Positions 1 to 11,191 are shown, counted from the stretch's first letter. The stretch: DNA of 41,016 bases from Spirulina sp. (GCA_044070495.1 JBIPSI010000040.1:1-41016), one strand, 5' to 3'. Notes: generated from the letters alone by a model not told the origin. Made by a program: numbers and translations.

Positions 1-140
1 CTGACATAACGCCGAAAAGCATTGATATCTCGTAGGTTGGGTGGCGCGATAGCAGAACCCAACAAGCCCACCATTCGCGGCGAGTGTTGGGTTCCGCTTC
101 GCTGCACCCAACCGACTTTGGAGATGTGTCAGGCAATCAG
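1..140. mobile_element. MITE with IS4-like terminal repeat and internal GTAG-type REP pair (left end cut by window edge)
   Basis: Right end GTCAGGCAATCAG (128-140); window opens with CTGACA, the inner part of the matching left TIR. Near-identical to 10928-11070. Interrupts the 5' end of the DUF3368-like gene. Confidence 0.75.
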
Positions 141-763
141 CAGCGACACATCAGCCATCACGAACTTGGCGGCAATAGACCTGCTAAATCTCCTACATCT
201 CCTCTATGGTCAAGTCATCATTCCAGAGGCCGTATATCGTGAACTAGTAGACATCGATCCACCTGTTCCAGGAGGTATCGAAATTCAAACAGCAACTTGG
301 TTAGAGGTCAAATTAATTGCGAACCGCAACACTGTTAAACGACTCCAAAATGAGGTGAGATTAGATCCTGGAGAGTCTGAAGCCATTGCGTTAGCCTTGG
401 AAATCGGAGCAGGTTTACTACTCATTGATGAGCGTCGTGGCAGAGCAGAAGCTGATCGATTGGGACTCAAAATTACTGGGCTACTGGGTATTTTGGCTGG
501 TTGACTGACAAAACTTGCGAGAACCCAAATCCACCAAAGGGTCAGGAGACCTGACCCCTACATTATCCAAATCCTGTAGGGGCGCGGTTTCCGCGTCCGG
601 CGCAGGATCTTTTGTCAGTCAACCAGGTATTTTGGTTGAGGCAAAACGAAAAAATCTCATTGTAGCCGTGAAACCCCTGATGGATACTTTGATTGCTACC
701 TCAGAATTTCTAGTATCTTCTACTTTGTATAATCAGGTTTTGAGTATAGCCAACGAAACTTAG
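141..763 (+). pseudogene. DUF3368 / PIN-domain (VapC-like) protein, disrupted by two MITEs
   Basis: Removing 497-626 and one TSD copy joins ORFs 22..504 and 515..763 into SDTSAITNL...IPEAVYREL...LDPGESEAIALA...LLIDERRGR...ITGLLGILVEAKRK, the DUF3368 pattern. True start lies upstream of the window. Confidence 0.85.
497..626. mobile_element. 130-bp MITE, 17-bp perfect TIR, 9-bp TSD
   Basis: CTGGTTGACTGACAAAA (497-513) / TTTTGTCAGTCAACCAG (610-626), flanked by GTATTTTGG at 488-496 and 627-635. Confidence 0.92.
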
Positions 764-921
764 GCCGTAAGATGGATAAGCACAGCATAATCCTTGTGGT
801 AGAGATAACGATGAGATCCTTGACCAGTGCCCTAGCGCTATTTACTCTGAATGTAATCACAAAGTCTTTTTCGGAAATTTAGTCGTAAGAGACAATCCAT
901 TCATAAAGAGAATAATCAAGT

Positions 922-1014
922 ATGCAACCCCAATCTCAGAGCTTGATTCAAAAACTAGAAGCACTTTCCTTAGAACACCGTGAAGCTGAAGCATGTCCCA
1001 AGTTATACCGATGA
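922..1014 (+). pseudogene. Possible truncated small antitoxin-like gene fragment
   Basis: 30-aa ORF MQPQSQSLIQKLEALSLEHREAE... resembling the N-terminus of DUF2281-type proteins; resemblance judged by eye only. Confidence 0.25.
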
Positions 1015-1192
1015 GGTCAGCCTCAGTCGTCAAAAATCCCGTAAATTTGTACCGATCTAGCGACCAACCGCACCTGAAGCAACCCTTTTCAAACGCCCTC
1101 CAAGTTTGGTGATGTCCCGGTTCCTGCGAGGTTTATCTCTTAATTCAGCAACGCCCATTATCCTAATGACGTTGGTCATGGTGCGGGAACGA

Positions 1193-2338
1193 TCAGCCCC
1201 ACACGGGCTCTGCCTGACAAGTGGCTAGCTGCTGGCGCAGGTCATCCGCGTCCAAATGGCGGCCAATGAAGACAATCTGATTGCCCGGAACCGCGCTATT
1301 CCACGGCTCGACATCCAGGGTGCAGCGTTTGCCGCTGAGCTGAAAGATATGCTTGTTGGGGCTTTCCTGGAACCACAGCAAACCCTTAGCGCGAAAGACA
1401 TTGCTGGGCAGGGTTTCGAGGAATTGCTCAAACTGGCGCAGGGCAAAGGGGCGATCACTGCGGTACGACACTGATACAAAGCCATCGTTTTCGAGGTGGT
1501 GGGAGTGGTGATGGTCGTGGCTGTGAGCGTGGTCGGGGTGACTCTGATGGGGGTGGCCATGATCATTGCTGTGATGATCGTGGCTGTGATGATTATGGCT
1601 GTGGTCATGGCCATGATCGTGACCGTGGGGATGTCCTGGGCTGTGGCTGTGGGGAGCCTCCGCCGATTCCAGGGAAATCATGGCGTCGTAGGCCATGGGG
1701 TCATTGAAGCCCACATCCAAAATCAGCGGCAGGGGCACAGCAGCCTTCTGGCTGCGAATAATGCGGGCTCCCTCCTTCAGGCTGTGGATTTGGGCCTCTA
1801 GCTTCTCCACGGTGGCCTCGGCTACCAAATCGGTTTTATTCAGCAAAATCATGTCGCCATAGGTAATCTGCTTGAAGGCAACTTCGCTATCAAATAAATC
1901 GGGGGCAAAGGCTGAGGCGTCTACCAGGGTAATCACCGAATCTAGCCGGGTAAGATCCCGCAGTTCTGTACCCAAAAAGGTTAGCAAAATGGGCAGTGGA
2001 TCGGCTACGCCCGTAGTTTCAATAACTAGATAATCGATATTGTCAGCCCGTTCTAGCACATTATAAACGGCCTCCACCAATCCATCATTGATGGTACAAC
2101 AAATACAGCCATTGCTGAGCTGCACCATATCTTGATCGACGGAGACCAGTAGCTGGCTATCAATGTCAATGTCGCCAAATTCATTAACCAGTACCGCCAC
2201 CTTTAGATTTTGGTTGTTGGTCAAAATGTGATTTAGAAGCGTTGTTTTTCCACTTCCCAAAAAGCCTGTAATGATGGTAACAGGCATACCTCGCTTGGGA
2301 ATGGCTAGTTGAGAAGGCTGGGACGTTGTACTAGGCAT
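1193..2338 (-). CDS. COG0523 (CobW-family) GTPase metallochaperone with His-rich insert
   Basis: GFLGSGKTT Walker A, VNEFG, GCICC, ETTG, NKTD, long His-rich tract, CobW_C-type FRAKG. Confidence 0.95.
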   Translation of the reverse strand: MPSTTSQPSQLAIPKRGMPVTIITGFLGSGKTTLLNHILTNNQNLKVAVLVNEFGDIDIDSQLLVSVDQDMVQLSNGCICCTINDGLVEAVYNVLERADNIDYLVIETTGVADPLPILLTFLGTELRDLTRLDSVITLVDASAFAPDLFDSEVAFKQITYGDMILLNKTDLVAEATVEKLEAQIHSLKEGARIIRSQKAAVPLPLILDVGFNDPMAYDAMISLESAEAPHSHSPGHPHGHDHGHDHSHNHHSHDHHSNDHGHPHQSHPDHAHSHDHHHSHHLENDGFVSVSYRSDRPFALRQFEQFLETLPSNVFRAKGLLWFQESPNKHIFQLSGKRCTLDVEPWNSAVPGNQIVFIGRHLDADDLRQQLATCQAEPVWG

Positions 2339-2411
2339 ACGAATTTATCAAGTCCTGAGGTAGATTGTCTGATAGCTGAAAGTCAAAATCGTTCACCTGA
2401 ATGCTTATCCT

Positions 2412-3242
2412 TTACACCGCCGATGGCTTGCTTCGAGGAATGACAATCGCCAGCAGAAAAATGGCAAGCTGCATGGTGACAATGGCAGGCCCAGAGGGCA
2501 AATTAAACACAGCCGACAGCACCATTCCCAACACAGCCCCCAGCGCCCCCAACAGGGCCGACAGAATGACATAGCCCGTAAAGGTACGACTGAGCAAGCG
2601 GGCCGCACAGGCGGGGATAACCACAAAGGCGCTAATCAGCAGTACGCCAATGGCCTGAATGGAGGTGCCCACCACCAGGGCCAGCAGCACAATAAAGGCC
2701 GTGCGGTGGGCCGAAGCCGAAATCCCCCGCGCAATGGCCAACGGCTCGTGCAGGGTCAGCAAAATCTGGGATCGCAGGGTTAACCCCACAAACGCCACAC
2801 ACACTAAAAGCAGTACCAAAGCCATGACCAAATTGCTCGGTCGCACCGCCAAAATGTCGCCAAACAAAATGCTGTTGATGCCGCCTCGATACTGCCCCAC
2901 AAAGGTCAGCAAAATTACCCCAATCGCCAGGGACGACGAGTAGACAATATTCAACAAAGCATCCGTCCACAGCCGAGTACGCTCTAGCAAATAGGCCACC
3001 CCCAGGGCAAACAACACCGCAAAGGGCAACAGCAACGACCCAGGACTTAGCCCCAACAACAGCCCCAAACTAATCCCCAACAGCGCCGAATGCCCCAGGG
3101 CATCACTAAAAAATGAGAGCTGCCGCAGAACGGTAAAACTACCCATCAACCCCCCCATGAGTCCGGTGAGAATGCCGCCTATGAGCGCCCGCTGCATGAA
3201 GGGGAGTTGGAAGAGTTCGAGGGTGTTGGTGAAGGAAAGCAT
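2412..3242 (-). CDS. znuB: Zn/Mn ABC transporter permease
   Basis: FMQRAL, DALGHSALLG, LFGDIL, PSGPAIV motifs; multiple TM helices; adjacent to ATPase and binding protein genes. Confidence 0.92.
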   Translation of the reverse strand: MLSFTNTLELFQLPFMQRALIGGILTGLMGGLMGSFTVLRQLSFFSDALGHSALLGISLGLLLGLSPGSLLLPFAVLFALGVAYLLERTRLWTDALLNIVYSSSLAIGVILLTFVGQYRGGINSILFGDILAVRPSNLVMALVLLLVCVAFVGLTLRSQILLTLHEPLAIARGISASAHRTAFIVLLALVVGTSIQAIGVLLISAFVVIPACAARLLSRTFTGYVILSALLGALGAVLGMVLSAVFNLPSGPAIVTMQLAIFLLAIVIPRSKPSAV

Positions 3243-3256
3243 GGAGAAAAAGTAAT

Positions 3257-4021
3257 TTAATGCCGATGGCGGTAGCGGACAAATTCTGACCCATAGACGG
3301 CGGCTAGATTATCCGGCGATAGGGCATAGTCGGGGGTGCCTTGGCAACGGATGGATTGGTTGAGGCAGAGGACGCGATCACAGTGTTTTCGCACCATGTC
3401 GAGGTCGTGGGAAATTTGCAAAATGGCCCAGCCCTGTTCCTGTTTGAGTTGGTAGAGTAGGCGATAGAATTCGGATTCGCTGCGGACATCGAGGCCAGCG
3501 GGGGCTTCGTCGAGGATTAACAGGCGGCGGGGGCGCACCAGGCAGTAGGCCAGCAGGGCGCGTTTCATTTCACCCCCAGACAGACGGGAAATGGGCTGGG
3601 GGCCGAGGTGAACGGCATCCACCCGATCTAGGGCTTGGCGGACGGCTAGGCGACGGGGCCGATGGTTGGCCCAGGGCAGTTGAGGGCCAAGATCATCCCA
3701 GCCCAGGGCCACCAGTTCGTTAACGGTGATGGGAATCCGGCGATCAAACAGAAAATTTTGGGGCAGATAGGCGATTTGATGCCGCACCGGGGCTGGTAAA
3801 TACCCCCGTCCACTGAGGGACTGGCCCATCACCGATACGGCTCCTGTCCGACGGGGCAGAATGCCTAGAATCGCCTGAATCAGGGTGCTTTTGCCTGCTC
3901 CATTGGGGCCGACAATCGCCATATCCGTCCCCTCAGCCAGGGAAAAGGAGACATCCCGCACCGCCGCATAGGTGTCGCGATACACGGTCAACCCATCAAC
4001 CACCAACACATCAACGCCCAC
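3257..4021 (-). CDS. znuC: Zn/Mn ABC transporter ATP-binding protein
   Basis: GPNGAGKST, LSGGE, LILDE, SHDL; C-terminal YRHRH. Confidence 0.92.
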   Translation of the reverse strand: MGVDVLVVDGLTVYRDTYAAVRDVSFSLAEGTDMAIVGPNGAGKSTLIQAILGILPRRTGAVSVMGQSLSGRGYLPAPVRHQIAYLPQNFLFDRRIPITVNELVALGWDDLGPQLPWANHRPRRLAVRQALDRVDAVHLGPQPISRLSGGEMKRALLAYCLVRPRRLLILDEAPAGLDVRSESEFYRLLYQLKQEQGWAILQISHDLDMVRKHCDRVLCLNQSIRCQGTPDYALSPDNLAAVYGSEFVRYRHRH

Positions 4022-4033
4022 GCTCCGATCCTC

Positions 4034-5158
4034 CTAAAACCGAAGACCCACGGGCTGGGGCACCAGGGCCACGGGCTGGGCGGGCCATACCGGACGCCAT
4101 GACTGTTGCTGGCTAAAGGATTCAAAGGAGGCCGCCAGATTCGCCGCATTCTGGCGCATGGCGTTGAGGTAATCCTCTGGCTGCACCGACTCCGGGCCAC
4201 CCACTTCAATCGGGTTAAAGACGCCCACATCCACGCCCATGTCCTTGGCTAGGGCCGCAAAGGCATTTGCGCCTGCCGAAGGCTCCGTCATGATGGCTTT
4301 CAGGTTGGAGGCTTGCACCGTATCCACCACCCGCTTAACGTCCTCCGGCGATGGGCTGATGGCGGGCACATCCACCAAAAATTCCGTCGTCAGGCCATAG
4401 CTCTCGGCAAAGTAGGGGGCAAAGTCGTGGAACACTACGAAGGACTGCCCCGCAAAGGGTGCAAGTTTTTCGCTAATCTCCGCGTCTAAAGCCTCCAGTT
4501 CGGCAATGAAGGCGGCGGCATTGGCGGTATAAATCTCTGCCCCCTGCGGATCTACGGCAATCATGCCATCGCGAATGTTCTCCACCTGCTGAATCGCCCG
4601 CTTGGGATCGAGCCAGATGTGGGGGTTAAACTCGCCATGGTGGTGATGGTGGTGCCCCGCCTCGGCGTGGTCGTGATCGTGGCTGTGGTCATGGTCGTGG
4701 CTGTGGTCGTGGTCGTGGCTGTGGTCGTGGTCATGATCGTGGCTGTGGTCTTCATTGGCCAACACGGCCACACCTTCGCTGGAGTCAATGATGACCAGAT
4801 CCGAGTTCTCGGCATTGGCGATCAGGTCATCCAAAAAGAACTCCATTTCCAGGCCATTTTTCACCAAAACATCCGCATTGGCCAACGCCTGTACATCCGC
4901 AGGCCGCGCCTGAAAATCGTGGGGATCCACATTGGTCGGCATCAGGGGAATCACCTCCGCCCGATCCCCCACAACGGCATTAGTGAACTGCGTAATCGGC
5001 AAAATCGTCGTCATCACCGTCAAATCCACGGTTTCCACGACTTCATCCGCCGTCCCGACCTCACTGGTTTCGGGAGCGCCCGCACAGCCCCCCAGAGCAA
5101 TGGCCACCGAGGAGGCCAGCAGTAGAGCGGTTCGACGAAAAGGGAAGAGGGTTGGCAT
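4034..5158 (-). CDS. znuA: Zn ABC transporter substrate-binding lipoprotein with His/Asp-rich loop
   Basis: Start reassigned to ATG 5158 (AAGGAG RBS just upstream); lipobox ALGGC; DPHDF, NPHIWLDP and HDF motifs; (DHSH/DHDH)n loop. Confidence 0.92.
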   Translation of the reverse strand: MPTLFPFRRTALLLASSVAIALGGCAGAPETSEVGTADEVVETVDLTVMTTILPITQFTNAVVGDRAEVIPLMPTNVDPHDFQARPADVQALANADVLVKNGLEMEFFLDDLIANAENSDLVIIDSSEGVAVLANEDHSHDHDHDHSHDHDHSHDHDHSHDHDHAEAGHHHHHHGEFNPHIWLDPKRAIQQVENIRDGMIAVDPQGAEIYTANAAAFIAELEALDAEISEKLAPFAGQSFVVFHDFAPYFAESYGLTTEFLVDVPAISPSPEDVKRVVDTVQASNLKAIMTEPSAGANAFAALAKDMGVDVGVFNPIEVGGPESVQPEDYLNAMRQNAANLAASFESFSQQQSWRPVWPAQPVALVPQPVGLRF

Positions 5159-5178
5159 GGGGGTCTCCTTTTTGTGAA

Positions 5179-5280
5179 GAGGTGGGGAGGTGGGGAGGTG
5201 GGGAAGTGGGGAGGTGATTGCAATCAGCGAAAAAATTTTCACCCATCACCCATCACCCATCACCCTTCACTCTTCACCCT

Positions 5281-5281
<1 letters not shown>
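5179..5281. repeat. Short tandem repeats (GAGGTGGG-type and CACCCAT/CACCCTT heptamers), STRR-like
   Basis: Visible tandem units between hemB and znuA. Confidence 0.7.
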
Positions 5282-6348
<1,067 letters not shown>

Positions 6349-6355
6349 TCAAGAA

Positions 6356-6370
6356 TGAGAATGATTATCA
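6356..6370. promoter_or_regulatory. Zur box upstream of hemB-znuACB-COG0523
   Basis: TGAGAATGATTATCA, one mismatch to cyanobacterial TGATAATnATTATCA; 25 bp before the hemB start. Confidence 0.85.
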
Positions 6371-6527
6371 TTCCTGAATATCTTAGCCTGCCCTGCCGGG
6401 AATTGCGATCCGTTGATGGAGAAAATTCTGTTCCGCCAAAAACCTTGGCCCCAAAAAATAGGGAAAAAATAGCGATATCCAACCATCGCCCCATCCCCAT
6501 TCGGCCACTGATCAGGAGTCTCGAACG

Positions 6528-7586
6528 CTAACCAAACCCCTGCCCTGAAAAGGTTCTGGCCCACACCACCACCTCCCCCCCACAGCCCCCTGCGGCCAGG
6601 TAGTTGCCCTGGGGCGACCAGGCTAGGCTGGAGAAGCCAGCCGCTACCCCCTCTAGGATTTGGGCGATCTGAGCGGCCCTGTGCCACAGACATACCCAGC
6701 CATCTTCCGAGGCCGAAGCCAATAGCCTAGATCGGGGTTGGAAGGCGAGGGCCGTTACCGTGGCGGCGTGCAGATCCAAAACCTGGGATGTCCAGCCCTG
6801 GTCGTCGCTGGGGGCTTTGGTCCACACCACCACGCCCTCGGCACTGCTAGAGGCGAGCAGCGGGGGCTTCTCCTGGGCCTCAGACCAGGCCAACTGCCGC
6901 ACCTTGCCGGGAAAGCCCTGCATTTGCCAGGGATAGGGGTTGTTCCAGGCCCACACCAGCAGCGTCCGGTCGTTGTTGCCCGAAGCCAAATACTGCCCAT
7001 CCGGGGACAGGGCAAGGGTTCCACTGGCTCCCCCCGTCTCCCGGATTTCAGGGTCGTTGTCCCAAGCTTCGCGTTGCCAGCTTTTGACCCCCTGGTTGCC
7101 CGCCAGCACCAAGGCGTTGCCACTGGGGTGCCAAGCCAAATCCAGCACCGATGAGGCTTCAAAATCAAGGGTTGTCACTACCTCCTGGGCAGCGGCATCC
7201 CACACCTGGGCATAGCGCCCCAGTCCTAGGGCCAATTCTGGCTGGTGGGGGTGCCATTGCAGGGTATCGACCCACACCCTAGGATGTTCTAGGGTGGTCA
7301 CCACCTGGGGGGCGGCGGCGGTGATCTGCCAAATCGACACCCGGCCCGTTTGTCCCCCAGCGGCAAGGAAGCTACCATCCGCCGAGAAGGCGAGGGCATC
7401 TATAGACTGGCCCTGGGGCGGCTGTAGTTCCACCGATACCCCTGTTTTTGCCTCAAACAAGACCACCTCCCCCGCCGCCGAAGCCACCGCCAGATGGGTA
7501 CCAGCGGGAGACCAGGCGAGGGCGGTGATGTAGTCGGTGAGGAGGGTTTGCCAGGTGGGGGTGAGGAGCGGCTTGGGTTTGGGCAT
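6528..7586 (-). CDS. WD40-repeat beta-propeller protein
   Basis: Repeated LAWSPxG / LASxxxDxxVxxW units; directly downstream of a COG0523 gene. Confidence 0.92.
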   Translation of the reverse strand: MPKPKPLLTPTWQTLLTDYITALAWSPAGTHLAVASAAGEVVLFEAKTGVSVELQPPQGQSIDALAFSADGSFLAAGGQTGRVSIWQITAAAPQVVTTLEHPRVWVDTLQWHPHQPELALGLGRYAQVWDAAAQEVVTTLDFEASSVLDLAWHPSGNALVLAGNQGVKSWQREAWDNDPEIRETGGASGTLALSPDGQYLASGNNDRTLLVWAWNNPYPWQMQGFPGKVRQLAWSEAQEKPPLLASSSAEGVVVWTKAPSDDQGWTSQVLDLHAATVTALAFQPRSRLLASASEDGWVCLWHRAAQIAQILEGVAAGFSSLAWSPQGNYLAAGGCGGEVVVWARTFSGQGFG

Positions 7587-7621
7587 AGGATTAGATGGGG
7601 TGTGAAATCAGTCCCAGGACA

Positions 7622-8593
7622 TTACGGCACTAAACAGGCCCGAAACCCGGCCTCCAACGCCATGGTTTCTAGGTTTCTGCCGATAAAGACCAGCTCGTTT
7701 TTACGGGTTTCATCGGGCTTCCACGGGCGATCTTGGCGACCTTCAAACAGCATGTGTACGCCCTGAAAAACCACCCGGCAGTCTTCGCCAGCGAGGTTGA
7801 GAATGCCCTTCATGCGAAAGATATCGGGGCCATGGTCGCGCAGCAGGGAGCCAATCCACTGGTTGAGTTGCTGGCCGTCCACTTCCCCCGCTGCCACCAG
7901 GGCGATGGATCCCACGGTTTCATCATGCTCGTGGGCGGTTTCGTTGAGAAACTCAGGGTCAAGGGTGAGGGCGTTGCCCAGGTCAAAGGCGTTCACCCCC
8001 AGGATGGCGTCCATGTCCACTTGGGCATCGCAGGTGCGGTAGATCTTGGCGAGGGCATTCATGCCGCGAATGCGATCTTCTAGGGCGGTTAGCTCGGCCT
8101 CGGTGACGAGATCGATTTTGTTGAGCAAGATCACATCGGCGAAGGCAATCTGCTCCAGGGCTTCCTCGGCGTCCCAATGCTGGGCAATGTGGGCCACATC
8201 CACCACCGTGACCACCGCATCGAGGCTGGCCTGGGTTTGCACCTCGTCATCCACAAAAAAGGTCTGAATCACCGGGGCGGGGTCGGCTAGCCCTGTGGTT
8301 TCGATCACCAAGTGGTCGAACCTGTCCCGGCGCTTCATTAGGTTGCCGATGATGCGGATCAGGTCGCCGCGCACGGTGCAGCAGATACAGCCGTTGTTCA
8401 TCTCAAAAATTTCTTCGTCGGCGTCGATCACAAGCTGGTTGTCGATGCCCACTTCACCAAACTCGTTGACGATCACCGCCACCTTCTTGCCGTGCTCATG
8501 GGTCAGGATTCGGTTCAACAGCGTCGTCTTCCCCGCCCCCAAGTAGCCCGTCAGCACGGTCACTGGCACCGCCCTCTGTCCGTCAGCAGCCAT
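7622..8593 (-). CDS. COG0523 (CobW-family) GTPase metallochaperone, second paralogue with minimal His tract
   Basis: GYLGAGKTT, VNEFG, GCICC, ETTGLADP, NKID, FRMKG, FQGVH. Confidence 0.95.
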   Translation of the reverse strand: MAADGQRAVPVTVLTGYLGAGKTTLLNRILTHEHGKKVAVIVNEFGEVGIDNQLVIDADEEIFEMNNGCICCTVRGDLIRIIGNLMKRRDRFDHLVIETTGLADPAPVIQTFFVDDEVQTQASLDAVVTVVDVAHIAQHWDAEEALEQIAFADVILLNKIDLVTEAELTALEDRIRGMNALAKIYRTCDAQVDMDAILGVNAFDLGNALTLDPEFLNETAHEHDETVGSIALVAAGEVDGQQLNQWIGSLLRDHGPDIFRMKGILNLAGEDCRVVFQGVHMLFEGRQDRPWKPDETRKNELVFIGRNLETMALEAGFRACLVP

Positions 8594-8639
8594 GGTTATC
8601 CCTCGCTTGCGTGGTTGATTTTGTGCTTAATTAGGATAA

Positions 8640-8654
8640 TGATAATCGTTTTCA
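8640..8654. promoter_or_regulatory. Zur box between COG0523 and the divergent oxidoreductase
   Basis: TGATAATCGTTTTCA (minus strand TGAAAACGATTATCA), two mismatches to consensus, with an overlapping GATAAT half-site. Confidence 0.75.
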
Positions 8655-8841
8655 TTGTCGAATTCATGGTCGAAATCAGTCGAGTTGGGCCGGGTTTTCT
8701 GGGGATGTTGCCCCTTGGTTAATGCCCATCCGGCGACCCCAGGGCAGGCGTGTGGCGAATCTTCAGTCACGATCTCCAGCCGCGATCTCCCCTGGGCTGC
8801 TCGACTTCCTCCTTCATTCCAGACCTCTCGTTATCCTTGCC

Positions 8842-10083
8842 ATGGTGCTTTCCACAGACCTCGCGATCATCGGTGCTGGCCCCCAGGCGCTCACCCTCGT
8901 CACCCACCTTCTTCAGAAAAAGGCCAACCTGCGGAACCGCTTTGTGGTGATCGACCCCGCCGGAGATTGGCTGCGCCAGTGGCACCACCAGTTTGCCGCC
9001 CTAGAGATTCCCCACCTCAGATCCCCCGCCGTCCACCACCCGGATCCCAATCCCCATGCCCTGCGCACCTTTGCGGAAGGTCGTCCTGATGAACTCTTGC
9101 CGCCCTATGCCCTACCCACGACGGGGCTGTTTCGTGACTTCTGCCAGTCGGTGATTGAGCGGTGGGACTTGGCGAATCGGGTGATGGCGGGAACCGTTCA
9201 GCATCTAACCCTGGGCCAGGGGCTAGGGCAACCGTCGTTTCGCCTGGGCCTAGCGGATGGTCGTCAGATCCGGGCGCGGCGGGTGGTGTTGGCCCAGGGC
9301 GGCGGTCGTCCTCAGCTTCCGGCTTGGGTGCGGCAGATCCCCCAGACTTACCCCAGCCATGTGCTGCGCCACTCTAGCCAGATCGATCTACGGGGGCTTT
9401 CCCTGGCGGGGGAGCGGATTTTAATTGTGGGGAGTGGGCTGACCGCTGGGCACTTGGCCCTGGGGGCGGTTAGGCGTGGGGCCACGGTGATTCTGATGGC
9501 GCGGCGACAGTTCTATGCCAAGCTGTTCGATGCCGATCCGGGTTGGCTTGGCCCCAAATACCTCAAGGGCTTCCAGGCCGAAACCAGTTGGCAACAGCGC
9601 TGGCAGATGATTCAGCAGGCCCGCAACGGTGGATCCCTGACCCCGGCCATGTGGCTGCACCTGCGGCGGCTAGAGCGCCAGGGCAAAATCAGCTTCTATG
9701 AGCAGTGCGAGGTACAACGGGCCGAGTGGAAGGGCGATGCTTGGCAAGTTCACTGTAAAACCGCAGCCGACCATGACTGTATCGCCCACCTACCCCTGGA
9801 TCGCCTCTGGTTGGCCACAGGCAGCCAGCTTGACGTCCCCCATTGGCCGCTCTTGGCGGAGGTGCAGGCCACCTATCCCGCTGAAATCGTGAACGGCTTG
9901 CCCGTCCTAGATCACCACCTGCGCTGGCCCGGTTGCAACCTCTTCGTGATGGGCGGTGCAGCGGCCCTACAATTGGGGCCAGTGGCCCGAAACCTGTTTG
10001 GCGGACGGTTGGCGAGCGACCGTATTGTGCCAGCTCTCGTCAAACCCAGCCGTCGGATCATCCACGCTGGTTTGACCGCCTAG
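8842..10083 (+). CDS. FAD/NAD(P)-binding oxidoreductase (lysine N6-hydroxylase-like fold)
   Basis: Two dinucleotide-binding motifs (IIGAGP, IVGSGLTA), HLRSP, LATG, GPVARNL. ATG 8842 preferred over 8722 because GxGxxA follows within about 10 aa. Confidence 0.85.
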   Translation: MVLSTDLAIIGAGPQALTLVTHLLQKKANLRNRFVVIDPAGDWLRQWHHQFAALEIPHLRSPAVHHPDPNPHALRTFAEGRPDELLPPYALPTTGLFRDFCQSVIERWDLANRVMAGTVQHLTLGQGLGQPSFRLGLADGRQIRARRVVLAQGGGRPQLPAWVRQIPQTYPSHVLRHSSQIDLRGLSLAGERILIVGSGLTAGHLALGAVRRGATVILMARRQFYAKLFDADPGWLGPKYLKGFQAETSWQQRWQMIQQARNGGSLTPAMWLHLRRLERQGKISFYEQCEVQRAEWKGDAWQVHCKTAADHDCIAHLPLDRLWLATGSQLDVPHWPLLAEVQATYPAEIVNGLPVLDHHLRWPGCNLFVMGGAAALQLGPVARNLFGGRLASDRIVPALVKPSRRIIHAGLTA

Positions 10084-10480
10084 TTTGGGTAGAGCACCGA
10101 TTCGTATAAAAATGGGCCACATCTCCTGAAGATCCTATGGCTAGGCCGTCTCAGGGGTTAAAAGCTGCCTATTGGCCCTAATCTGGCGAATGTGCGGTTT
10201 TGGCCCAGTTAAAGCTGAAATACCTACCGAATCAGGTTTTTAAGCGTAGACGGGTCTTGGACGAATTCAGACCCGTGAGCACAAACCTAGAGCCTGAGAC
10301 CCTTTCCACTATCCCGTGCAGGCCCAGGGGCACCGTTGGTTGCTCCCCCACAAACAGCAAGTAGCAATCTTGGCCCGATAGCCGATAATCCCCTTTGGGA
10401 ACGCCTACCCCTGGCCCAAAAGCTCCGTCTCCTGGTCGAGGAACGCCTAAAGGACATTGATATGAATTTGGGCGGCCTGC

Positions 10481-10513
10481 ATGACAAGCCATACACAGGT
10501 CTAGAACACTACC
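10481..10513. repeat. Solo IS1-like terminal repeat
   Basis: ATGACAAGCCATACACAGGTCTAGAACACTACC matches 11214-11246 at 32/33; reverse complement starts GGTAGTG. Confidence 0.6.
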
Positions 10514-10927
10514 CAATCCGGCAACAGCTAGACACGTATTCAGACAGTCTCACAGCAAGACCCATAAACCTCCCAATGAGTCTTACTATGAGACTTGTGA
10601 GTCCAAAATATCTTTGCCGAGCCAGCGATATTGCAACCCGGAGACCTATCGGGACACGACCCTTGAGCCATAAAGATCGGTCTTTTCGCGAAGGCGGTAG
10701 GCTTACGGTTGGGCAGCACATCTTCAATGGTTTCCCGTGGCAACGGGCGAATTACGTCATCGCCGCCGTCCCAACCAAGCTGCTACCGTCATAGCCGTAC
10801 AGGCGCACCCAAAAGTCTCATATTAAGACCTAACTATATTTTTATGAGTCCTGTCATGATACTGGCAAGTCTAAGGCTGCGCGGAATTAATGCTGTATTG
10901 TCCTAGACAGGCCTCTATTCATAGACC

Positions 10928-11070
10928 CTGGCTGCCTGACGCAACACAGCATTGATCGCTCGTAGGTTGGGTGGCGCGATAGCAGAACCCAACAAGTCCG
11001 AAGTCCTCGCCGAGGGTTGGGTTCTGTTTCGCTGCACCCAACCTACTTTGGAGATGTGTCAGGCAATCAG
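10928..11070. mobile_element. 143-bp MITE, second copy of the element at 1-140
   Basis: Ends CTGGCTGCCTGAC / GTCAGGCAATCAG; internal inverted pair GTAGGTTGGGT...ACCCAACCTAC; no TSD seen. Confidence 0.8.
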
Positions 11071-11191
11071 CGATGGGCCTAATATCTGTGCGCCTCACAG
11101 CGGGATCGCCAAGCCGCGATTTCAAGCTACCCAAATCAGTTTGGATCGATCTCTTGCCTCGAAGGCTGGTCTCACTATAAGTCTATGTAGC

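Noticed and set aside
22..140. N-terminus of ORF 22..504 as part of the protein
   Set aside because: It is MITE sequence; the same translation appears at 10952.
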